A stretch of 64,000 nt of DNA from Spirochaetota bacterium (GTDB lineage: Bacteria; Spirochaetota; UBA4802; UBA5550): NCBI GenBank assembly GCA_963664815.2, contig CAXXHB010000003.1, positions 4,201,688-4,265,687 on the forward strand. Reading direction: 5' to 3'. Shown one piece after another: positions 50,683 through 58,858 of the stretch. Numbering within the stretch: position 1 is the first letter of the stretch; each line of letters begins with the position of its first letter. A program made the position numbers and the translations under genes. The notes beneath the pieces are model-generated. The model had not been told where the DNA came from. It saw only the letters and a program-made list of their open reading frames with translations, and ran no database searches.

Positions 50683-52068
50683 ATGTATTCAAATATTTTT
50701 CATAAAATAGATACATTTGTCACCAACACTTCAGCGATCATTTACATCCGCAATGATGATTCTTTGCTTATTATAAGGCCCGATAAAATTCAACATCTCA
50801 ACAAAACAAGTTTTGAAATGCTTTACTCACTATATAGGGAGAAAGCTGGTGCCGAAAAGACCGTTCAGATGGTTCATGAAAAATATGGAGTGAAAAAGGA
50901 TATTATAATTAAAACTCTTTCTGAAATTGTAAAGTCATTAAGTGCCACCATGAAAGAGGAGTGTAAAGGCCTAGAGAAAATTCCGATACTGGATTCTAAT
51001 CCTGACAATATTAAATTTCCAATACTGTCAGAAATTGCACTTACATACAAATGCCAGAATAAATGTGATTTTTGTTCTTCATTAAGCCCATACATCAGAA
51101 ATGACTTTAATGAGATGACTACACAACAGGTAAAGTTCATTATTGACAGAATTTTCGATGAAGCCAGGGTACCAACTATATCTTTCATCGGCGGTGAACC
51201 TACAATGAGAATAGATCTCCCCGAGCTGATTGAACACGCAGTTAAAAAAGGTATAAGAACAAATCTTAATACCAATGGTATAAAATGTTCAGACAAAGAA
51301 CTTGTTATGAAACTTTCCACAGCAGGATTACATTCTGCACAGGTTCGCCTTGAATCACATGACGAGATGATACATAACAGAATAACAGGAAACATGGAAT
51401 CCTTCAAAAAAACTATAAAAGGGATACATTTACTAAAAAAAGCCGGTATACTTACCTGCACTAATACCACTATTAACCGCTGGAACAGGGACCATCTTAT
51501 TCCTCTGGCAAAATTTATCAAAGATGAATTCAACTCTAAATATCTTTCATTAAGTATAATAATCACCTCTGAAAATTCGAGCGATCAAAATAATATACAA
51601 ATCGAATATTCCTCAATCTTATCAATCCTTGAACCTGTTTTAAAATTCTGTGACAAATCAGGGATTAAGCTGATATGGAACTCACCCACTCCTTATTGTA
51701 TATTCAATCCAATAGAACACAATCTAGGCTCAAAAGTATATGCGTGTGTTTCTGAACTGCTTTCAATAAATTCCAGAGGAGATTTAATCCCATGTTCTAA
51801 TTACAATCGGGGAATAGGAAATCTTCTTAAAAATTCATTCGAGCACATATGGAACAGCAAGGAAGCACTTTACTTCAGGAGATGGAGGTATATTCCTCCC
51901 GTTTGTAAAAAATGCGGAATGAAAAATCTCTGTAAAGGAGCTTTCCCTCTCTACCGGGGAAATTTCGGATCATTTAAAGAAATTGAAAAAATTAATAAAA
52001 AAAGACCATTAATTGGCAACCTTTTATGGTCTATTGAAAACAGGCTTAACTATAAACAATTGATATGA
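50683..52068 (+). CDS. Radical SAM / SPASM protein with an N-terminal PqqD-like (RRE) domain, apparently degenerate
   Basis: CQNKCDFC, 'GGEP', 'NTNG', SPASM remnants 'GDLIPC...IGNL...IWNS...CKKC....LCKGAFP', and N-terminal 'HLNKTSFEML...EKYGV'. Confidence 0.85.
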   Translation: MYSNIFHKIDTFVTNTSAIIYIRNDDSLLIIRPDKIQHLNKTSFEMLYSLYREKAGAEKTVQMVHEKYGVKKDIIIKTLSEIVKSLSATMKEECKGLEKIPILDSNPDNIKFPILSEIALTYKCQNKCDFCSSLSPYIRNDFNEMTTQQVKFIIDRIFDEARVPTISFIGGEPTMRIDLPELIEHAVKKGIRTNLNTNGIKCSDKELVMKLSTAGLHSAQVRLESHDEMIHNRITGNMESFKKTIKGIHLLKKAGILTCTNTTINRWNRDHLIPLAKFIKDEFNSKYLSLSIIITSENSSDQNNIQIEYSSILSILEPVLKFCDKSGIKLIWNSPTPYCIFNPIEHNLGSKVYACVSELLSINSRGDLIPCSNYNRGIGNLLKNSFEHIWNSKEALYFRRWRYIPPVCKKCGMKNLCKGAFPLYRGNFGSFKEIEKINKKRPLIGNLLWSIENRLNYKQLI

Positions 52069-52253
52069 ATTAATTTTTTTTCAGTCAGCAATTTGTTTAA
52101 AATCCATACTTTGGAAATTAAATGTCTGCAAAATGATTTTTTAAAAATACTTGCAGAAAAAAAATCTTCTAATTATATTATGAAAAAAAACTGGATCATA
52201 CTTTACTGTTTTTGGTGACAAGTTGTATAAAAAAATAAGGGAGCAATTGCAAA

Positions 52254-52748
52254 ATGGCTTTTAAAATTATTATAGGTTCATCACTTATTATCATAGGGCT
52301 TTTATCTGAATTAATGGGCCTTCTTTTTATTATTGTCAGTTCAGGGCTGCCCTCACGCTTAATAGCTGCAGCTATTTTCTTTACTTCCGGTCTTCCAATA
52401 CTCATTATCGGATTCAAGTTTTTCAAGGATGGGATGGTATTAAGACCTGAAATTATAAAGTCTGGTATATTAAAAACCGCAGCATCACACAACGGCGAGT
52501 TAACTAAAGAGATATTGACAGAGAGAACAGGTTGGAACAACCTGGTCACATATGAAATTGGTGATATGATAAAAAGAAGAATTGTCAAAATCGAAGAACG
52601 CAACGGTAAAACCTTTTATATATTCCCTGAATACCAGACTAAGTACATTCAGAATAAATGTCCCTTCTGCAACAATGACTACCCTGTAAAGAATGATCTG
52701 CAAAAATGCCCAACATGCGGTGGAGATTTAAAATTTCTTCAGGCTTGA
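52254..52748 (+). CDS. Hypothetical 2-TM protein with a C-terminal zinc ribbon
   Basis: Two TM helices, a wHTH-like middle, and CPFC-x12-CPTCGG. Confidence 0.72.
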   Translation: MAFKIIIGSSLIIIGLLSELMGLLFIIVSSGLPSRLIAAAIFFTSGLPILIIGFKFFKDGMVLRPEIIKSGILKTAASHNGELTKEILTERTGWNNLVTYEIGDMIKRRIVKIEERNGKTFYIFPEYQTKYIQNKCPFCNNDYPVKNDLQKCPTCGGDLKFLQA

Positions 52749-52792
52749 TCAACTCCCTTACGATGCATTTTAATCTTAACTGACATAAATAT

Positions 52793-53659
52793 TTAAAGTC
52801 GGCAGTTAACTATTTCTGTTTCTATAATTGCTGTTGCACCTATCGATTCAAGTCTGTCCATTACCTGCACAACTTCAGATTTTTCAACCATTACCTTAAC
52901 TGAACACCAGTCATCCTGATCCAACTTTGAAATTGTAGGCGAATTAAATCCGGGTGTAATCTTCTCAGCTTCTTTAATTTTACACTCTTTAATATTATAT
53001 TCAAGCATGCTGTACCGATTTGCAACCAGTACACCTTCAATTCTTCTTCTTATTTTAACAATTCTGTCATCAAAGACATTTTCCTTTTTTGTTATAAGGG
53101 TTGTTTCATAAACCCCAATCTCTTTAAAAACTTTCAGGTTATGGTCACGAAGACTGTCTCCGGTTTCAACAATGTCAACAATCGCCTGTGCCAGATTAAG
53201 AGAGATCATTATTTCCACAGAGCCATTCATTTCTATACAGTTTACGTTTATATTTTTTTTATTGAAATAATCATGAGTCATAACAGGAAATGACGTTGCA
53301 ATATTTTTCCCCTTTAAAAAATCTATTTGCTCGTTTTCTAATCCATCCCTTACTGCAACACATAAGCGGCATTGGCCATATCCCAAAGGAAGTATTGATG
53401 CAACATCGGTTTTTCTCTCTATTATAAGATCGCTTCCTGTGATCCCAAGATCAACAACACCTGATTCAACAAGCACCGGAATATCATCTGCTCTCACGAA
53501 AATAAATACTATGTCGTAATTAGTACAAGTGGCGTAAAGATTACGCCCGGTTGCCCTGAATTTAAAACCAGCTTTTTTTAAAAGTTCAAGTGTAGGATCT
53601 TTCAGGCGCCCTTTTGACGGAATTGCAAATTTTATTTTGTCTGTTTCATTTAGATTCAT
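52793..53659 (-). CDS. hisG: ATP phosphoribosyltransferase (long form)
   Basis: 'AIPSKGRL', 'RADDIP', 'DLGITGSD', 'GSVE', 'IVDIVETG', 'PGFNSPTIS'. Confidence 0.96.
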   Translation of the reverse strand: MNLNETDKIKFAIPSKGRLKDPTLELLKKAGFKFRATGRNLYATCTNYDIVFIFVRADDIPVLVESGVVDLGITGSDLIIERKTDVASILPLGYGQCRLCVAVRDGLENEQIDFLKGKNIATSFPVMTHDYFNKKNINVNCIEMNGSVEIMISLNLAQAIVDIVETGDSLRDHNLKVFKEIGVYETTLITKKENVFDDRIVKIRRRIEGVLVANRYSMLEYNIKECKIKEAEKITPGFNSPTISKLDQDDWCSVKVMVEKSEVVQVMDRLESIGATAIIETEIVNCRL

Positions 53660-53978
53660 TGTTCACTCTCCCGGCTTTTTCCACAAGACCACTTGTGCCG
53701 AACCTTCGTTCAAATTCTTTTTTTATCTCATCAATTGTAATATCTTTATATGATGCCAATACAAATGTATGAAAAAGGAGGTCACATATTTCATATACAA
53801 GATGTTCTTTATCTGTCTCAAGTGCTGCTTCACAGACTTCCTCAGCCTCTTCCATAATCTTTCCGTTAATTTTCTCTGTTCCGCGATGCATTAATTTTGC
53901 AACATATGAAGTTTCAGTTGAAGCCATTTTTCGCTCATTAATTACATCAAATAAACTTTCAAAAATATCATTCTTCAT
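53646..53978 (-). CDS. hisE: Phosphoribosyl-ATP pyrophosphatase
   Basis: 'SYVAKL...KIMEEAEEV...YEICDLLFH...RRFGTSGL'. Confidence 0.93.
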   Translation of the reverse strand: MKNDIFESLFDVINERKMASTETSYVAKLMHRGTEKINGKIMEEAEEVCEAALETDKEHLVYEICDLLFHTFVLASYKDITIDEIKKEFERRFGTSGLVEKAGRVNNESK

Positions 53979-54179
53979 ATATTTCCTTTATCAATTTTCT
54001 TTTACTGACAATGAAGCAATTGCAATGCTTAATCATTTTTTTACAACTTCCATACATTGCTGAGATTAAAATCAATTCCATTTTCGTCAAGATATTATAT
54101 TAAGTTACAATTACCTAACATGTATTTTAATGTTGAACAAAAAGATCTCACAACGTTCATTGGCAGCGTTATGATAAAA

Positions 54180-55007
54180 TTATTCTTTTTTTATCCACCT
54201 CGAAACAATAACATCCGGGTCAATGTCAGCAATTGAATTGAATATATAATCCGGCTGGTACGGGTATTTGTTCATAATCTCCAGAGTAGTGACACCCGAA
54301 AGGACCAGACAGCATGTCATACCCGCCTCAAGTCCACCAACAATATCGGTATCCATTCTATCACCTATCATGAAAGAATTCATGGTATGTACCTTTAACC
54401 TCTTTCTGGCCCAGTACATCATTGCAGGATTCGGTTTTCCCAGAAAATACGCCTTAACTCCTGTTACTTTTTCAATTGGAGCTACAAGTGCACCACACGC
54501 CGGAACAGGTCCGCGTGGAGTCGGCCCTGTAATATCAGGATTGGTCGCAATAAACTTTGCTCCCTCTTCGATGAGGAATGTTGCTTCAATAATTTTCCCG
54601 TAATCATATTCCTCCGTCTCGCCCACTATTACATAATCAGGTCTCCTGTTAGTAAGAGTAACACCAACCGCTTCCAGTTCTTTTTTAAGACCCTTCCCAC
54701 CAATAACATACGCGCTGAAACTTTTTCTCTGGTATCTTAAAAAACTCGCAGTTGCCATTGCCGATGTATAAAAATGTTCTACTCCTACATCAATTCCCAT
54801 AACTGATAGATTCTCTCTCAGCTCCTCCGAAGTATAATACGAATTGTTTGTAATAAAAAGAAATTTATAATTACCGGCTTTAAGTTTCTCAACAAAACCC
54901 GCTGCACCGGGAATAAGATGGTTTCCTTTGTTTATTACACCATCCATATCAATAAAAAAAGCTTTCTGATTGCTTAAATCATCAGGAAGCACATTGCCAT
55001 TAACCAT
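54180..55007 (-). CDS. HAD-IIA hydrolase, NagD-like
   Basis: 'DMDGV', 'ITNNS', 'FIATNPD', 'GKPNP', 'IGDRMDTDIVGG'. Confidence 0.9.
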   Translation of the reverse strand: MVNGNVLPDDLSNQKAFFIDMDGVINKGNHLIPGAAGFVEKLKAGNYKFLFITNNSYYTSEELRENLSVMGIDVGVEHFYTSAMATASFLRYQRKSFSAYVIGGKGLKKELEAVGVTLTNRRPDYVIVGETEEYDYGKIIEATFLIEEGAKFIATNPDITGPTPRGPVPACGALVAPIEKVTGVKAYFLGKPNPAMMYWARKRLKVHTMNSFMIGDRMDTDIVGGLEAGMTCCLVLSGVTTLEIMNKYPYQPDYIFNSIADIDPDVIVSRWIKKE

Positions 55008-55017
55008 CTTACACCTC

Positions 55018-56895
55018 CTATTTTGTATTGAGAAAACTTTCCGCCTCTTTCACCGCATCAATCACATCTTTAGCAGAATATATGTCCCGAAGGCAGAGAG
55101 GAGATACAAAGCCTTTACCGGGAGGGAATATAACCAGAAGCGGTATTGAATGGCTCCCAAGCTTTTTCATCAATGATTCTATCTGCGGTATTTTACGTGT
55201 TATATCAGCAACCATAAATTCAACATCATCTCTGGCGAATTCCTGCTGTACGACATTACTTTCAAGCGCAAACTTTTCCACCAGTTTACAGTTTGGACAC
55301 CATTCAGCAGTAAATTCTACAACTGTTATTATTCCGTTATCCCTGTTTTTTAATACTCTTTCCGGGCTAAAACTTATGATTTCATGAGCAGCAGATTTTC
55401 CGGTAAAAAAATAATTGAAAGACAAGCTGTATCCCGTTATGGCTAGAAGAAGCAGGATAGCAAATGAGATACTCCTCTTCTGCCTCCCATTGTCAAGAGA
55501 ACCAAACAGACCATACTGCCATAACCCGACAGACAGAATTAAGAGAAAAAGAACAAGCCCCATCCGGCTGCGATCATCAAGTATTGTAAAAAGATAGACA
55601 ACAGTAAACATAAGAAGAAATCCCATCGCTGTTTCAAAGTGATTCATCCATGCTCCAGGTTTTGGTATTATCCTGATTAGAGAAGGCTTAAACGCGAGCA
55701 ACATATACGGAAAAGCCATACCAATCCCAACTGATGTAAATATAATAAAAACTATTACCGGCGGCATTGTAAGCGTCCATGCAAGGGTGCCTCCAAGGAA
55801 AGGTCCACTGCACGGAGTAGCAAGAAGAGTGGCTATGGCTCCTTTAATAAAAGCATCTCCATAAATACCGTGTGACCTGGAAACTGCTTTTCCGGCAAAA
55901 GATGGAACATTAATAGTAAATACTCCAAAAAGAGATACTGCCATAACAAAAATAAAAGACGCCATAACTATAATAAAAATTCTGCTTTGAAATAAAGCTC
56001 CCCACTGGTAACCTGAAAAAGCTGCAAGAAAGGCAAGAGCCATAAAACTCGCAATAATACCTGCTGAAAAAAGAATACCCTGCAAAACAATAACATTTTT
56101 CTTTTCTCCGGCATTCAAGACAAATGACATAATTTTAAGACTCACAACAGGGAGAACACACGGCATAAAGTTAAGGATAAACCCGGCAATTAAGCCAAAG
56201 ACTATTGCTTTGAAAAGACCGGTGATTTTACCTTCAGGATAACGTGGTGTATAATCTATTCCGTCATAAATACTGTCAACACCGTTTGATCCGGAATCTG
56301 AAACCAAGTCCTTACTTTTTTCAGAAGGTTTAATATTATTTTTAGCAAGAGCAAGAAATTCACTAAATTCATTTATTTTATTCAAGTCGATTACAGAAAG
56401 ATTTCTTTTCACTTTTATAGGAATAAAAATGCTTTTTTCCACAGGAATACAGGCATCGGATGAGCACATAAGAATTGATAGATTTATTTTTATTGAATAA
56501 TCACCTTCAGACAGATAATTCTTCACAGATAACTTCAGTGGAAACCTTACAAACTTTTTATAGATATTAACCGGATCTGGATCACTATTTGCCTGATATT
56601 TTTCCCCATCAGGATACCTTACCTCCCATAAGCTGATGAACTTGTTTTTCACGACAGAGATTTCTGTCGGTTTACCTATACCTTTCCCTTTTGGATTTGC
56701 ATAGATATAATTTCCCTCAGGAATTTCCACAGCAATTACAAGTATGGCATCCATTCCCGGTGCAGTAATTATCGTGCCTGATGCGTTATAAACTATAATT
56801 TCTTTATTTAAACATTCAGATGAAGAAGTAGTTCTGCCAGTAAAGATCAATAAAATAAAAACCAGTACCGGTATTATTCTTTTTGTATAATTCAT
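55018..56895 (-). CDS. dsbD: Thiol:disulfide interchange protein, DsbD family
   Basis: N-domain 'CSSDAC', TM 'LNFMPCVLPV' and 'ATPCSGPF', thioredoxin 'FTAEWCPNC'. Confidence 0.9.
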   Translation of the reverse strand: MNYTKRIIPVLVFILLIFTGRTTSSSECLNKEIIVYNASGTIITAPGMDAILVIAVEIPEGNYIYANPKGKGIGKPTEISVVKNKFISLWEVRYPDGEKYQANSDPDPVNIYKKFVRFPLKLSVKNYLSEGDYSIKINLSILMCSSDACIPVEKSIFIPIKVKRNLSVIDLNKINEFSEFLALAKNNIKPSEKSKDLVSDSGSNGVDSIYDGIDYTPRYPEGKITGLFKAIVFGLIAGFILNFMPCVLPVVSLKIMSFVLNAGEKKNVIVLQGILFSAGIIASFMALAFLAAFSGYQWGALFQSRIFIIVMASFIFVMAVSLFGVFTINVPSFAGKAVSRSHGIYGDAFIKGAIATLLATPCSGPFLGGTLAWTLTMPPVIVFIIFTSVGIGMAFPYMLLAFKPSLIRIIPKPGAWMNHFETAMGFLLMFTVVYLFTILDDRSRMGLVLFLLILSVGLWQYGLFGSLDNGRQKRSISFAILLLLAITGYSLSFNYFFTGKSAAHEIISFSPERVLKNRDNGIITVVEFTAEWCPNCKLVEKFALESNVVQQEFARDDVEFMVADITRKIPQIESLMKKLGSHSIPLLVIFPPGKGFVSPLCLRDIYSAKDVIDAVKEAESFLNTK

Positions 56896-57034
56896 CTATT
56901 CCCTTTAATAAATATATGTCTCTCAATTAAATATATGAAATACATTGAGTCAATAAAAATTATTAATCTCAAATTTTCTTGACCATTTCCCGGTTATATT
57001 ATTAAATTACCTATCTTGCCCAATGAGGTGTAGT

Positions 57035-57613
57035 ATGAAATTCCACGAGATAGTAAAAAAAAATAGAAGCTACAGAAGATTTTATGAAGAAAAACAGATT
57101 CCCCAGTTAACTCTCCTGAAGCTTGTAGATATTGCGCGGCTTATCCCATCTGCACAGAACTTACAACCGCTGAAATACTATATTGCCGAATACGAAGAGC
57201 GCAACAAGGTATTTCCATATCTCAAATGGGCAGGCTACCTTACTGACTGGGATGGTCCGGTAGATGGCGAAAGGCCTTCGGCTTATATAATAATTCTCTC
57301 CGATAAAAAAATTTCCTCTAATGTGAGATGGGACCATGGCATAGCTGCTCAGACAATACTCCTGGGTGCTACATCAAAGGAATTGGGTGGTTGTATAATT
57401 GGATCAATAAATAAAGAAAGTCTGGCTTCTTTATTGAACATACCTGATGATTACATGATTGAACTTGTGGTGGCCCTGGGATATCCGAAAGAAAATGTAA
57501 TACTTAAAGAAATAGAAAACGGTGATGATATTAAATACTACCGCGACGACGAAGGGAATCATTATGTTCCTAAACGCAAACTCGTTGATATAATTATTAA
57601 CCGATGCCAATAA
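57035..57613 (+). CDS. Nitroreductase family protein
   Basis: 'RSYRRF', 'PSAQNLQP', 'GIAAQTILLGA...LGGCIIG', 'ALGYP', 'VPKR'. Confidence 0.9.
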   Translation: MKFHEIVKKNRSYRRFYEEKQIPQLTLLKLVDIARLIPSAQNLQPLKYYIAEYEERNKVFPYLKWAGYLTDWDGPVDGERPSAYIIILSDKKISSNVRWDHGIAAQTILLGATSKELGGCIIGSINKESLASLLNIPDDYMIELVVALGYPKENVILKEIENGDDIKYYRDDEGNHYVPKRKLVDIIINRCQ

Positions 57614-57614
57614 T

Positions 57615-58076
57615 ATGACTGATGAAGAATTTATGGGAAAGGCGCTCTCACTTGCTGAAGAGGCCTACAGACAGGACGAAATTCCAATAGGTGCCGTTAT
57701 AGTCAAAGATGGTGGAATCATATCCACCGGATTTAATAAAAACAGGATAAAAAAAGATCCCACACTACATGCTGAGATTATAGCCATAAAAAATGCGGCT
57801 GAATATTTAAATAACGAACGACTTATTGACTGCGATCTCTATGTAACAAAGGAACCATGTGCCATGTGTTCAGGGGCAATTGTGCATTCAAGAATAAGGC
57901 GGGTTATTATAAGTGCCGAGGATTCAAGATACGGAGCATGCGGCACAGTATTTGACGTTTGCGGAAACATCAAAATGAATCATGTCCCGGAAATTAAATT
58001 TGGCGTCCTCCGGGAAGAATCATCATCCCTGTTGAAAAAATTCTTTTATGAAAAACGTATTAAAAAAGAACCCTGA
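57615..58076 (+). CDS. tadA: tRNA adenosine(34) deaminase
   Basis: 'EIPIGAVIV', 'DPTLHAEI', 'TKEPCAMCSGAIVHSRI'. Confidence 0.92.
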   Translation: MTDEEFMGKALSLAEEAYRQDEIPIGAVIVKDGGIISTGFNKNRIKKDPTLHAEIIAIKNAAEYLNNERLIDCDLYVTKEPCAMCSGAIVHSRIRRVIISAEDSRYGACGTVFDVCGNIKMNHVPEIKFGVLREESSSLLKKFFYEKRIKKEP

Positions 58077-58078
58077 AA

Positions 58079-58756
58079 TTAATCTTCAGCTAAAAAATCT
58101 GCCGAAACTCCTTCCTTCAGTTTTAATAGTACCAATGGAATAGATTGTGTATTCCCCAGATCATTTTTCTTGTTAACCTTAGCCCTCACTTTAACGGATC
58201 TCGATGTAAATTTGGGATGATCAAATGTAAGTGTAAACTCAACATGATCGTCTTGACCCATCTTTTCTTCAACATATCTCGGCCAGAAATGGAAATATCC
58301 CCTAGTTGCTTTAGCAGCTATATACGGATTTTTCCACCCCAGATCCATCATCTCCGCAGGTTTATCCTGGAATAAAAGAGTTATTTTAAGGTCAGGGACA
58401 ACAGAAAGAGTGGTATCCTCCAGAGCTTCCCCGATCATATGAGGAATAAGTCCAGATAGTTTTTCATTCTTCTCACCATTATCTTCAATCTCGGTTGATC
58501 TCCTTTTGGAAAAAAGACCTATTGCCTCGTAGGTTAAAAATAATATATCTGTATGATCTTGATATTTCAATCTAGAATCAATTCTGCTATGTATAATCCC
58601 CCTTTCACCTGTTACATATCTTGGAGGTACTCTGTTTAAAACATAGGCAATTATGTCATTTCGATGAAACTTAATACTTTTAAAATCCTCTTCCTTTTCC
58701 AGAACTTCATCAACAATATCTTTAACTATCATTTCAATAAGATTGAAAAATTCCAT
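58079..58756 (-). CDS. ComFB-domain protein with a C-terminal Ig/carboxypeptidase-regulatory-like domain
   Basis: 'NLIEMIV...DIIAYVLNRVPPRYVTGERG' ComFB pattern. ATG 58756 preferred; 58819 is possible. Confidence 0.78.
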   Translation of the reverse strand: MEFFNLIEMIVKDIVDEVLEKEEDFKSIKFHRNDIIAYVLNRVPPRYVTGERGIIHSRIDSRLKYQDHTDILFLTYEAIGLFSKRRSTEIEDNGEKNEKLSGLIPHMIGEALEDTTLSVVPDLKITLLFQDKPAEMMDLGWKNPYIAAKATRGYFHFWPRYVEEKMGQDDHVEFTLTFDHPKFTSRSVKVRAKVNKKNDLGNTQSIPLVLLKLKEGVSADFLAED

Positions 58757-58858
58757 AACCCTATGCCCCCTGATTTCATATTCTTTATAATTTACGATAT
58801 TAATACCTGCCATACTCATAGTTCTATTAATATCAAAGCTGATTATGTTTTTAAGCTA

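Noticed and set aside
50874-51566. 230 aa minus-strand ORF, and the many other short antisense ORFs in the track
   Set aside because: They lie opposite well-supported genes and have the Ser/Ile/Phe-rich composition typical of shadow frames.
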